This document shows positions 17,741 to 26,805 of a DNA stretch of 29,564 nt, piece after piece. The notes beneath the pieces were generated by a model. It was given only the letters and a program-made list of their open reading frames with translations. It was not told the origin of the DNA and made no database searches. The stretch lies in the NCBI GenBank assembly GCA_049975265.1, contig JBNGDF010000029.1:1-29564 (forward strand), read 5' to 3'. Each line of letters begins with the position of its first letter. Positions within the stretch are counted from its first letter, which is position 1. The stretch is from Fidelibacterota bacterium (GTDB taxonomy: Bacteria > Fidelibacterota > UBA2242). The translations under genes were made by a program, and so were the position numbers.

Positions 17741-18657
17741 TTGGCGCTCTTTCCGGATGTGAAGATATAATCATAAAGAACCTGTCCGACGATCTGCAGG
17801 CTCCGGGGGCTGCATTTATCCGGGGTGTCCATGGTGGTGTGCCAGAAGTTTTGATAGCGGTTGGGATAGTCAAAATCAATCAGGTCTATAGACGGTATGC
17901 CGGCGTGTTCGATCAGCATGACATGATCATCGTGGATGTAGCTGCCGAATTTGTGCTGGAATTCGGAATAGCCCCTCTCCCGGGCGATTTCCCAGAGGGT
18001 TTTGACCAGCTGGGGATGGCTCCGGTAGGAATGGCGCTCGATGGGGATAGTCAGTTCTCTGTCGCCGATCAGATCAATGATTATCGCCTCATCGGGTTTG
18101 ACGATGGGCAGGTTTTTGGCGAAATATTCTGAACCCATGCAGTAGTAGTCTAGCGACCCGGAATAGCCGTAATCTTCACCGTCAAAGAGAACCAGATAAA
18201 CCGCCCGGTTAGGCGGGTTTTGATGAAGCAGTTCTGCCAGATGCATCAGTACCGCCACACCGCTGGCGCCGTCGTTGGCACCGAGGATCGGACGGGAGCG
18301 TTTGCGGGGGTCCGGGTCGTGATCGGCGCGGGGGCGGGTGTCCCAGTGAGCTCCGATCAGCAGCGGATTTTCACCATTGACACTAAATCCGGCAATGATA
18401 TTTGTCAATTCGAAAGTAATGCTATCTTCCGGAATTGGCTGGTCGAAACGTTGCAGAATCAGAGTATCCGCCAGATTTTTGAAGAAATTGTGGAAATATT
18501 GAAGTGCTTTGGCATGTCCCTCAGAACCGGGGTTGCGGAAGCCGATGGAGCACTGTTTTTCGAGGTAGACGAAAGCCTGCTCGCCGTCAAACACTTCGTT
18601 CTGACTGGTGCATGCGCCGAACATAATCAGCAACGCGGTGAGAATGATCCTTTTCAT
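17737..18657 (-). CDS. M28-family Zn lipoprotein, likely glutaminyl-peptide cyclotransferase (animal-type/Bacteroidetes QC)
   Basis: Real start ATG 18657 (RBS GAGGA), not 18915. Lipobox LIMFGA-C. 'FDGEQAF..LEKQC..GFRNPGSEGH', 'AHWDTRPRAD.DPD', 'GANDGASGV', 'FDGEDYG', 'GSEYF', 'DLIGD', 'DDH', 'FWHT..DT'. Confidence 0.85.
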   Translation of the reverse strand: MKRIILTALLIMFGACTSQNEVFDGEQAFVYLEKQCSIGFRNPGSEGHAKALQYFHNFFKNLADTLILQRFDQPIPEDSITFELTNIIAGFSVNGENPLLIGAHWDTRPRADHDPDPRKRSRPILGANDGASGVAVLMHLAELLHQNPPNRAVYLVLFDGEDYGYSGSLDYYCMGSEYFAKNLPIVKPDEAIIIDLIGDRELTIPIERHSYRSHPQLVKTLWEIARERGYSEFQHKFGSYIHDDHVMLIEHAGIPSIDLIDFDYPNRYQNFWHTTMDTPDKCSPRSLQIVGQVLYDYIFTSGKSAK

Positions 18658-18658
18658 A

Positions 18659-21600
18659 TTATCCTCTGATTGCAATGTTGACGTCAAAGCCGCCGTTGCG
18701 GGTGATACGCTTACCGGTGCGGGCATTCTTGCTCTCGCTGTAGGAGAAGAAGATCCCGCCGGTGACTTTCTGTGTGAAGGAGTAGCTGATGCGTGGTTCA
18801 ATTTTCCAGGTGGTGTTGCTGTTGGTCGGCTTAAAATCGCTGACGGCGTCATTACGCTGTTCGGTTTTGGAGGAGCTGTAGTCGAATGCCATGGTGAAGT
18901 TAATATTGTTTTCAAGACGCTTGTTTTTCAGAAAGGGAAGCGGGATAGTAAAGCCGCCCTTTTTCTGATAATTCATGGAGGCGTTGATGCTCTGGTCGGT
19001 GACCAACGATGCGCCGCCGTTCGGTTGATTGGTGATGGATTTGCCTCCGGACACGCGCAGGCTGGAGCTGATGTTGTTTTTGAATTGCATGGAGAGTCCC
19101 ACGAGGGGTTGGAAATAGAGTTTATAGCTGGAGTTTTGAATCTCTCCGTTGCGATAGACGACGGATTCCTTTCCGGTAAAGCCGTGGTCCAGGGAAAGTT
19201 TGGTAAAAACTTTGGACAGAAATTTGATCTTTTCCAGCTGGGAAATACTCAGGGTCCAGCCGGGAAAGGGGATACCCTCTTTCCCCGAATTGTCAAATGT
19301 AATATAGTCCCGGGTGAGATTGCGGTTGAAATTTCCCTGGGACTTAGACCAGGACATGTTCTGGCTGTAGGAGAGGGAGGTATTGATATTGTTGGTAATT
19401 TTGATCCCGCTGCGCAGGCTGGCGTCCGAGTTTATTGAAATGCTGTTTGGATAGACACCGGCTTCGGTGGCGATGGTATCCAGTCCCGGGTCCGACGCCA
19501 GACCCATCCGGTAGAGCAGACCGGGTTCGCCGACGCGCCCCTTGTTGTTGTTGCTGCGGCTGGTGGAGTAGCTGAACTGGATCGGCTGGACCCGGTTGAA
19601 TGCGCTGTAGAGATATTCCAGCAGCGGGATTTCCTTTGGTGCTTTATTCATATCTTCTTTTATTTCGTCCTTTCTCTCCGGTTCGGTTGTCTGATGTCTT
19701 CCCCGCCCGGTTGTGCGACCGGTACCGGCGGGTCTGGTGGCAGACTTACGCGCCGATTTGGGCGTGTAGAAGGTCTTCATAATGGCACTGGGATCGAGAC
19801 TGAAAGAGGTGGAAATCCGGTTTTGATTACTGAGATTGTCAACACTGCGGGTGCCGCTGGTAACCGGTTCGCCCCAGGTGTAGGCGGCACTGTAGGATAT
19901 GCTGGGGGTGAGCCAGCTGAAGATTTTCGGATTGAAGTTCGCCGAGTAACTTTCGTTTACGTTCACCTGCCTGCCGGGATTCAGTTCGCGGATCGCTTTG
20001 AGTTTATCGTCCCGAAAATCGGTCAGGCTGTTTTTGGCTTTCCAGGAATAGTTCAGGTTGAGATTATCAAATACTTTGTAGCCGGCTGTAATGGAGCGGT
20101 TGAGACCTAAATCGTAGGGCTCGGTGATTTTGCCTTTGCGGGGGATTTTGGTAGATTTGCTTTCGGCGGCATCGACGGAAAAGTCGAGGTTGCTGGGCGT
20201 ATAGTACCAGCGCAGGTCGCCGAGCCGGCTGCCGAGAACCGGGATGTTCTGTGCCCATTTAAAGGGTTGCAAAAAGTTATTGCGTCCGAAGGGAACCTTA
20301 TACGAAATGCTGCCCCGGTAATTTTCGGACTCATTTCTGCGGTCGGTGACCGAAGAGCTGTTGGACCACTGGGCGCTGACGGAGACCCGCAACTGATCGA
20401 TGGTGTATTTGGTCAACCAGAAATCTGATGATCGTTTGCTGTAGGAGACGTTGACTCCGTAGGATTCCGACAGGTTCAGAACGCTGTCCGGTGGTGCATC
20501 GCCTGCCAGAATGTCGGAATTGGGTAAAAACTTTGGGGCACTGAAGCGATTGGTATAGGAACCGGATACCGGCAGGCTCAGACCCCAGTTCGCCGGTGTC
20601 AGTTTGTCCAGATTGATGTTGCCCCGGACCGACAGGTTGCGGGTGTTGTTTAGCCCCGTGGTCTGCAGGTTGGGACGCTGCTCGACGGTGTGGAAATCGG
20701 CGTCCCGCTGGTCGATATTGACATTGACCCGGCCCAGATCGGCGACGGTTAACGCAACCGAGCCGCGGTAGGCGATACCGGGATCGCGGCGCACGTCGGA
20801 AAGACGCAGTTCGTCCAGCCAGACCTCGCCAAATACCGTATTGTCGTAGCGCGGCAGCGGCGACGAACGATCAACATCCTCCAGCGTATATTTCTGGTTG
20901 ATGACTCCCATATCAATTCGTTTTACCTTCGAAATGGTGGGGCTCCCAACGATGATAATCTCCTTGCCGGTGAAGCGACCGTCTTTGATCTCTCTCCAGT
21001 GGCGCTTTAAAACCCCGCCTTCGCCGTCATGGGTGATGGTAAACGGCTGCAAGCCGCTGTCGTTGGGATAGTGCTCGCTGAAATCCTCTTCGGTGGCAAA
21101 ACCCTTCAGACTGGTGAGAAAATCAAAATCGATTTCCATATTGTTCTTTTTATCCCAGCCGGGGTAGACGGGCTGGCGGTACTCATAGTAGTTGTAAATC
21201 TTATTTTCATCGTTGATGATGCCGAATTTAATGAAGAACTGGAGCGGTGTCTTTTCACCCTCATCGAAAAATTTGGTGCGGGTGCGCAGTTCGTGTCCGG
21301 CAACGAAAAGTTTCATTTTCTTATAGGTAATGAAGCTGGCGTCTTCGAAGAGGACTTTCTTCGCTGCGGCGGCTTCGCCGGGTCGCAGCCCGCGGTTGTT
21401 GTTGAAGGACATGACCAGCGATTGTTCCTTGAGCTGAATCTCGTTGACGGCGTCGTATTCGCCCCGGACGCCTTCCGGCGGGTCATAGGTGACCGGGTTG
21501 TCTTCCGTGTTCAAAACGCTGATACTGAAGGCTTCGTCGTTTTTTACATAGTTTCCGTCTGTTCCGTCACCGATGCCGAGCTCTTCCCATTCATTACCCA

Positions 21601-24600
21601 CCAGTTCGATTTTGGCGATCATGACGGTGTCCTCGGAGGTAACGCCGTCAATCCAGACCCGGCAGGCTTCGATGGTCTGCCAGCTGACGTCGCCGTTGGG
21701 CTTGGCTTTTTGAAATTCGTTCAGCGGAATGCGGTAGAGCTTCCAGCCCGTTGGGCTGCCGTTATCAAACTCCGTGCGCCCGGCAACGTAATTTTCGTCG
21801 ATGCGGTCATCCAGCAGAAAATCGATAGTGTAATAATCATTCACCAAATTGACTTCGAAATCCCGATTAAGGTCCTCTGAATCGGGGACATATCCCGTGG
21901 CGTCACCCTCGCTGCTGTTTTCGGTGCCGTTGATGTGGCGGTAATCGCGGGAACCTTCCGACCATTTCCAGTTGTCGCTATGGGGATCGGTTTTGCTGCG
22001 ATTGTAAAAGGTAAGACTATCACTACCATATCGAATAGTATCACCGAGACAATTAACGATGAATTCATCTTCATCAAAGACACCGTCAATACCTGTATCT
22101 TCGCCGTCATCCAGCAGATCGTTGCCCAGGGTGAAGCCGGCTTCCGGCTGATCTTCGGTGTCCAGCTCTCCGTTTTGAATGTAGTCTTCGCTGATATAGC
22201 CCAGGTCGATATGCATTCTCCCCGCCGTTCCGCGGACCCAGACCTCCAGAAATTTGGTTTTGGACTGGTCATAGTAACTGGTAGGGAAGGCGTAGGTGAT
22301 ACCGCCCCAGGCTTCTTCGGGCTGTGAGAAGCCATCAACCACTTCGATCGACCAGTATGGATCGAGTACCATGACCATGATTTCCGTTAGATTGTTCTGT
22401 GCCTGAGTACTGACCTGTTTATTGGGCCAGATTTTTTTGGTGGCGACACCGCCGTAGGGATTGTACCAGAAAAAGAAACCGCGCTGTGAATCCCGTTTTG
22501 AGAGAGGCGCAGCGGCGTGTGACCAGTAGCGATAAATAATCGGCGGCGAGGTGATCCGTTTCGATCCCTCAAAATCGTCAATGAAACCGACACCGTTCGG
22601 GTCGCCGGTCTCTTCATTGCTCAGGGTGTTGGGATTGGGACGTACCTGGGCGATTTCGCCTTCAATCGTTATAGATGAGGGCTTGTCTGTTTCAATAAGT
22701 GGCAGCCAGTTGACCGCCCGGGTCAGGAAATTCAGATTCTGGTTCAGGCGACCGTTGAGGTCCCAGACGAAGTTGCGCATCGGTTCGTAGCCGACATCCA
22801 CCTTTTCGTCCACGACCGACTGGCTGAAATAGAGCGCCGTCCCGCCGATAAACGAATTGTCGCCGAAATCATACTGTGCCCGGGCACCCAGAATGGTTTT
22901 CTTGTCCAGTTGAAAAAACTGGTTGCGCTCGTATTTGATATCGAGTTCGGCATTGGGCTTCGTGGCTTCGGGATTGATCAGGGTTAAGGTACCGGTAAAG
23001 TAATCAATCGTATAATCCACTCCGCGGGTCAGGGTTTGACCGCTTAGCATAACGGACTCACTACCCTCGATCACCATGGCACCGAGATTGATGACGGAGC
23101 TGCGGTTCTCGTATTTACAGATGATTTTAAATTTGGAGTCCTGGGTAATATCCGTAATGTTGGTACGGTTGCTTTCGTACATTGCCGAGCAGTTATAGTC
23201 GGAGTTTAAATTTTCATTGCCGACACCCGAGCCGGTAGAATCGTACTGAAAAGGTCGCAGAAAGGGGAGCCAGAGTTCGCCGGACTGAAGGCTGAGAACG
23301 TTCGGATTCCCGGTATCCACGATGCCGTCGGGAGTGAGATCACCGGATTCCGCTTTGAGGTCCAGCCCGAATTTCTGAATAAAGGGTACGCCATCCACCG
23401 GGTCCCGCTCGACATCGCCGGTTTTTCCGTATATGTAGACGATATCCAGTTCGAATCCCTCGCTATTGATGCCGGTGGTTCCCAGATAGTAGACGTTTTT
23501 GAATTCCAGGTCCCAGCAGGGATGGCTGGGTCGGTTCTGGCGGGGTTTGATCATTTTTAACTGAATATCGCTGGAATCCTTCTTATCCCAGTCGCCGTAT
23601 TCTTCGATCGGGTTTTTTCCGGGATCGAGAACGCGATAGACGACGGCAATGATTTCCGATTCCTGTGCCGGGGTTCGCAGCCGGATGAATCCCAAGTCCA
23701 GATTGGCGCTGTAATCTTCGTCTACCACCAGACGCTGAAAAACACGCTTTTCGGTATAGGAGGTATCCTGGTCCGGGAAATTGGGGTCGACAAAGGCTTT
23801 GCCGGAAATGCTGCCGGCAATTTCACCGGTAATGGATTTATACACCTCCAGATCGACGACGGTTCTGCCGCTCAGTTTGAAGACGCCGCCGGACTCAAGG
23901 AATCCGTCATAGAAGGAATCACGGAATTTATCATCCAGAAAAAAATACTGCCGTTTGACATATTCGTAGTCTTTGATCGCCAGGGAGGTTTTCTGGGCAC
24001 CGCCGTCGACACTCAGTTTCTCTTTTTTGCCTTTTTCCACACTGGCAATCGTCGTAATGTCGATAGCGCCCAGCTTCATCAACGCCTTAAATCCAAACAG
24101 ACCGTTGTTTGTACCGGAGAAGGTGACGAACTGGGTTCCCGGCAGCGACAGCGAGATATTCCCGGCTTCGACTTTCTGGACAATGTCGTCCTCTTCACCG
24201 GTATAGATAATCTTCAGATTGTTTTCGAAATCAAAATCCCTCTCGCTGTCCTGGTCGACGAGGATGCTGATCCGGTCGCCGATTTTGCCCTCGATGTTCA
24301 GCTGCTGTTTCTGATCCACGATAAAGGTGGTGGAGCTCCCGGCATTATAACCGGTGCGCACCTGAGACTGCTTTTGGTTCTGGAGACGACCGTTGATATT
24401 GACATTACCCGAGACCCGCAGGGCAACTCTCTGACCGGCGATGTCGGCGCCGATCAGCTCCAGTTTTTCGGAACGAACGGCGCTTTTGGGTTCGACAAAG
24501 GATTTCCGGCAGATTTCATGCAGCTCATTGCGCAGCAGGTGCGCTGATTTCTGCTGAAAATAGGAATCCAGCGAGATACCACGTGGTGCTCGTGTTGGCA

Positions 24601-24913
24601 AACCTTTGTATTCTTCAATAAAAATGAGATGCTGACCCGTATCATCCAGGCGGGTTTCGGTTTTTAATTGGCGCGGATCATATACGTTCAGGATAAACCG
24701 GTTGGTCTGGTGCGCGTAGGGTGAGAGCAGCGACAGACCGCGGGGCGTTTCCATCTTCAGGGAGGCGAACCGGTTTGACAACCAGTCGACCCTGAGCGGA
24801 AAGAGAGCCGCCTCTCCGTCACCGGCGGAATCCTGCCCAGCCGCCGGCACCAGCAGTAAAGCCGCAAGCATTACCCAAAATATATAGATTCCTTTGCGAT
24901 TCAGTGTCGTCAC
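18659..24913 (-). CDS. sprA: Cell surface protein SprA / type IX secretion system translocon (Sov)
   Basis: 2084 aa with signal peptide. Family-like motifs: 'QLNIEGKIGDRI', 'DFDFENNLKIIYTGEEDDIVQKVEAGNISL', 'LFGFKA', 'WDLEFKNVYYLG', 'LTRGVDYTIDYFTGTLT', 'FIDDFEGS', 'WKLYRIPL', 'GEVWLDELRL'. Long C-terminal amphipathic beta-strand region. GTG start is uncertain. Confidence 0.92.
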   Translation of the reverse strand: MTTLNRKGIYIFWVMLAALLLVPAAGQDSAGDGEAALFPLRVDWLSNRFASLKMETPRGLSLLSPYAHQTNRFILNVYDPRQLKTETRLDDTGQHLIFIEEYKGLPTRAPRGISLDSYFQQKSAHLLRNELHEICRKSFVEPKSAVRSEKLELIGADIAGQRVALRVSGNVNINGRLQNQKQSQVRTGYNAGSSTTFIVDQKQQLNIEGKIGDRISILVDQDSERDFDFENNLKIIYTGEEDDIVQKVEAGNISLSLPGTQFVTFSGTNNGLFGFKALMKLGAIDITTIASVEKGKKEKLSVDGGAQKTSLAIKDYEYVKRQYFFLDDKFRDSFYDGFLESGGVFKLSGRTVVDLEVYKSITGEIAGSISGKAFVDPNFPDQDTSYTEKRVFQRLVVDEDYSANLDLGFIRLRTPAQESEIIAVVYRVLDPGKNPIEEYGDWDKKDSSDIQLKMIKPRQNRPSHPCWDLEFKNVYYLGTTGINSEGFELDIVYIYGKTGDVERDPVDGVPFIQKFGLDLKAESGDLTPDGIVDTGNPNVLSLQSGELWLPFLRPFQYDSTGSGVGNENLNSDYNCSAMYESNRTNITDITQDSKFKIICKYENRSSVINLGAMVIEGSESVMLSGQTLTRGVDYTIDYFTGTLTLINPEATKPNAELDIKYERNQFFQLDKKTILGARAQYDFGDNSFIGGTALYFSQSVVDEKVDVGYEPMRNFVWDLNGRLNQNLNFLTRAVNWLPLIETDKPSSITIEGEIAQVRPNPNTLSNEETGDPNGVGFIDDFEGSKRITSPPIIYRYWSHAAAPLSKRDSQRGFFFWYNPYGGVATKKIWPNKQVSTQAQNNLTEIMVMVLDPYWSIEVVDGFSQPEEAWGGITYAFPTSYYDQSKTKFLEVWVRGTAGRMHIDLGYISEDYIQNGELDTEDQPEAGFTLGNDLLDDGEDTGIDGVFDEDEFIVNCLGDTIRYGSDSLTFYNRSKTDPHSDNWKWSEGSRDYRHINGTENSSEGDATGYVPDSEDLNRDFEVNLVNDYYTIDFLLDDRIDENYVAGRTEFDNGSPTGWKLYRIPLNEFQKAKPNGDVSWQTIEACRVWIDGVTSEDTVMIAKIELVGNEWEELGIGDGTDGNYVKNDEAFSISVLNTEDNPVTYDPPEGVRGEYDAVNEIQLKEQSLVMSFNNNRGLRPGEAAAAKKVLFEDASFITYKKMKLFVAGHELRTRTKFFDEGEKTPLQFFIKFGIINDENKIYNYYEYRQPVYPGWDKKNNMEIDFDFLTSLKGFATEEDFSEHYPNDSGLQPFTITHDGEGGVLKRHWREIKDGRFTGKEIIIVGSPTISKVKRIDMGVINQKYTLEDVDRSSPLPRYDNTVFGEVWLDELRLSDVRRDPGIAYRGSVALTVADLGRVNVNIDQRDADFHTVEQRPNLQTTGLNNTRNLSVRGNINLDKLTPANWGLSLPVSGSYTNRFSAPKFLPNSDILAGDAPPDSVLNLSESYGVNVSYSKRSSDFWLTKYTIDQLRVSVSAQWSNSSSVTDRRNESENYRGSISYKVPFGRNNFLQPFKWAQNIPVLGSRLGDLRWYYTPSNLDFSVDAAESKSTKIPRKGKITEPYDLGLNRSITAGYKVFDNLNLNYSWKAKNSLTDFRDDKLKAIRELNPGRQVNVNESYSANFNPKIFSWLTPSISYSAAYTWGEPVTSGTRSVDNLSNQNRISTSFSLDPSAIMKTFYTPKSARKSATRPAGTGRTTGRGRHQTTEPERKDEIKEDMNKAPKEIPLLEYLYSAFNRVQPIQFSYSTSRSNNNKGRVGEPGLLYRMGLASDPGLDTIATEAGVYPNSISINSDASLRSGIKITNNINTSLSYSQNMSWSKSQGNFNRNLTRDYITFDNSGKEGIPFPGWTLSISQLEKIKFLSKVFTKLSLDHGFTGKESVVYRNGEIQNSSYKLYFQPLVGLSMQFKNNISSSLRVSGGKSITNQPNGGASLVTDQSINASMNYQKKGGFTIPLPFLKNKRLENNINFTMAFDYSSSKTEQRNDAVSDFKPTNSNTTWKIEPRISYSFTQKVTGGIFFSYSESKNARTGKRITRNGGFDVNIAIRG

Positions 24914-24977
24914 TCCGAAAATTGGTAATATAGGATTAGTTACTTAAGAAAGTCGTAGCAATTTTATTGACGACACC

Positions 24978-25589
24978 TCAGTTTAGATTCGTTAGCGATG
25001 GAAATTCTTTTCTAAGGGACTGGTAGAGGCGGGTGAATGCCTGTCCGCGATGACTGATGGCGTTTTTTTCCCTGGGGCTCAGCTCTGCCAGTGTTTTGCG
25101 GTAGGCGGGAACATAAAAGATCGGGTCGTAGCCGAACCCGTTCTGACCGCGTTGTTCCGTCAGAATCTGCCCCTCAATAGTGCCTTCGGCACGGAGGACG
25201 ATCTCCGGATGATAAAAGACGGCAACGGTCCGGAAACGGGCGCTGCGGCGCTCCTCCGGCACGTTCTGAATTTCCTGAATCAGTTTCTGCACATTGTCGG
25301 CATAGCTGGCGTTTTCTCCGGCATAACGGGCGGAATAGACGCCGGGCTGACCGTTTAAACCGTCCACTTCGAGACCGGTGTCATCGGCAATGGTCGGCAA
25401 TCCTGAAAATTCGTTGAGCATAGATGCCTTTTTTAATGCATTTTCGGAAAGGGTGTTCCCGTCTTCGATGACTTCCGGTGCGTCGGGGAAATCCGCCAGC
25501 GTCAGGAGCTCGACGCCGGGCAGCCGAAAAATGGCTCTGATTTCCTTTATTTTATCCGGATTGTTCGACGATATTAATATCTTTGTCAT
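24978..25589 (-). CDS. rdgB: dITP/XTP pyrophosphatase (RdgB/HAM1)
   Basis: SSNNPDKIKE, ENALKKA, ADDTGLEVDGLNGQPGVYSARYAG, GFGYDPIF, KNAISHRGQA. Confidence 0.96.
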   Translation of the reverse strand: MTKILISSNNPDKIKEIRAIFRLPGVELLTLADFPDAPEVIEDGNTLSENALKKASMLNEFSGLPTIADDTGLEVDGLNGQPGVYSARYAGENASYADNVQKLIQEIQNVPEERRSARFRTVAVFYHPEIVLRAEGTIEGQILTEQRGQNGFGYDPIFYVPAYRKTLAELSPREKNAISHRGQAFTRLYQSLRKEFPSLTNLN

Positions 25590-25623
25590 ACAGATTTACA
25601 TGTTCAATTAAAAAACGCCAAAA

Positions 25624-25652
25624 ATGTTATTGAAAAATCCCGCCAATGTCAA
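25624..25652 (-). promoter_or_regulatory. Sigma-70-type promoter for the rdgB-sprA operon
   Basis: Minus strand TTGACA (25652-25647) - 17 bp - TAACAT (25629-25624), 35 bp upstream of the rdgB ATG. Confidence 0.65.
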
Positions 25653-25670
25653 GCGAATTGACGGGATTTT
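25633..25670 (-). terminator. Intrinsic terminator of the YtrA/ABC operon
   Basis: Minus-strand RNA AAAAUCCCGUCAAU-(9-nt loop)-AUUGGCGGGAUUUUU. The single mismatch is a G-U pair only in the minus orientation. Confidence 0.7.
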
Positions 25671-25737
25671 CGGACAGGTCAGAGTAAAAAATGTTAAAAT
25701 GTGACCGCTGTTAAAATATAATTTTCTGCCAATAATT

Positions 25738-26439
25738 TCAGCGCCGTCGCACCGATACCGCCCCAGCTGTAGCAATATCTTGTAGATGGACTTCGCCGTA
25801 ATACACGATAGAGGCGGCTCCCGCGGCATTGCCGGTCAATTCGCCGCCACCCATGGTCAGAACGATCCGGCTGGCACCATTCACATTCAGGTTGGCGTTG
25901 ACCACTTCGGCATCTCTGAAATTGGCATTGGCGGCACCTTCGCAGCGCAGTTGCAGATATTCGATACGGCAGTTATCGGCGTCGATTTCAGCCGCACCGG
26001 TGATTCGGATCGCCAGCTTGTCGCAATCTACATCCCGGAGAAGAATGGAGGCTCCGTCACGGGTCTCCAGTCGTTCCAGATGAGGCATGGTGATGCGTGC
26101 CCGGAACGGAGCCCGGTGATTGTGTTGGCTGGCATAGTTTTCGAAATGGAGACAGGCGTCCCGGACCTCCGCCTCGACATCCCCGGCAGCGGATTCGGGA
26201 TATTGAATCTCGATGAAATAGTCTTCGCCGTGTTCAATGTCAATCCGCCAGACACCGCCGGTTTCAATCGCCGTAAAATCCCTCAGGTCGAGAGTACGGG
26301 TTTCCATTTCGTCAGAATAAGCCGATCCGTTGTACTCTGAAAAGCGGGTTACCAGCAGGCGGCTGGTGATGATTAATGCGGCGATAATGATGAGAACTGC
26401 ACATAGACTGATGGAAATGATTTTGTTACTGGTTTTCAT
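25738..26439 (-). CDS. Membrane-anchored GIN/DUF2807 beta-helix protein
   Basis: N-terminal TM helix; 'RTLDLRDFTAIETGG', 'ITMPHLERL', repeated xGAx beta-helix turns (DGAS, TGAA, EGAA, NGAS, AGAA, AGAV), 'IVYYGE'. Confidence 0.8.
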   Translation of the reverse strand: MKTSNKIISISLCAVLIIIAALIITSRLLVTRFSEYNGSAYSDEMETRTLDLRDFTAIETGGVWRIDIEHGEDYFIEIQYPESAAGDVEAEVRDACLHFENYASQHNHRAPFRARITMPHLERLETRDGASILLRDVDCDKLAIRITGAAEIDADNCRIEYLQLRCEGAANANFRDAEVVNANLNVNGASRIVLTMGGGELTGNAAGAASIVYYGEVHLQDIATAGAVSVRRR

Positions 26440-26804
26440 GTTTGACCCCCGTTCTGTTTTGCGTAAATAGATTTTAGATCGTCAATGCTGATGTTCAGCA
26501 GAGCCATCATTTTAAATAGCTGGGGAATTTGAGTATTGATAAACTCCTCTTTTTTCAACCGGCGGGTCTGCTCAATGGCACCCGGTGCGACGAAGTAGCC
26601 GATTCCCCGTTGGTTTTGAATAATGCCTTTGTCCTGGAGCCAGGTGTAACTGCGCATGACGGTGTTTGGGTTCACTTCGGCGGTCATCGCCAGTTCACGA
26701 ACTGACGGGATGCGCTCATCTTCCGCCCATTCCCCGGAAAGGATATTTTCGCAAATCAGATCGGCGATCTGGAGATAAATCGCCTGGTCCTTTTGAAATT
26801 CCAT
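26436..26804 (-). CDS. GntR-family transcriptional regulator, YtrA subfamily
   Basis: AIYLQIAD, RIPSVRELA, VNPNTVMRSY, QRGIGYFV; short helical C-terminus (122 aa). Confidence 0.93.
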   Translation of the reverse strand: MEFQKDQAIYLQIADLICENILSGEWAEDERIPSVRELAMTAEVNPNTVMRSYTWLQDKGIIQNQRGIGYFVAPGAIEQTRRLKKEEFINTQIPQLFKMMALLNISIDDLKSIYAKQNGGQT

Positions 26805-26805
26805 G

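Noticed and set aside
18658..18915. 86-aa Ser/Pro/Thr-rich N-terminal extension of the M28 ORF
   Set aside because: Overlaps the sprA 3' end in another frame; the RBS and lipoprotein signal point to ATG 18657.
18608..21880. Long plus-strand ORFs 18608-19438 and 21029-21880
   Set aside because: Antisense to sprA; typical codon-bias shadow frames.
24952..24974. Imperfect hairpin between rdgB and sprA as a terminator
   Set aside because: Short, bulged stem with a weak U-tract; insufficient support.
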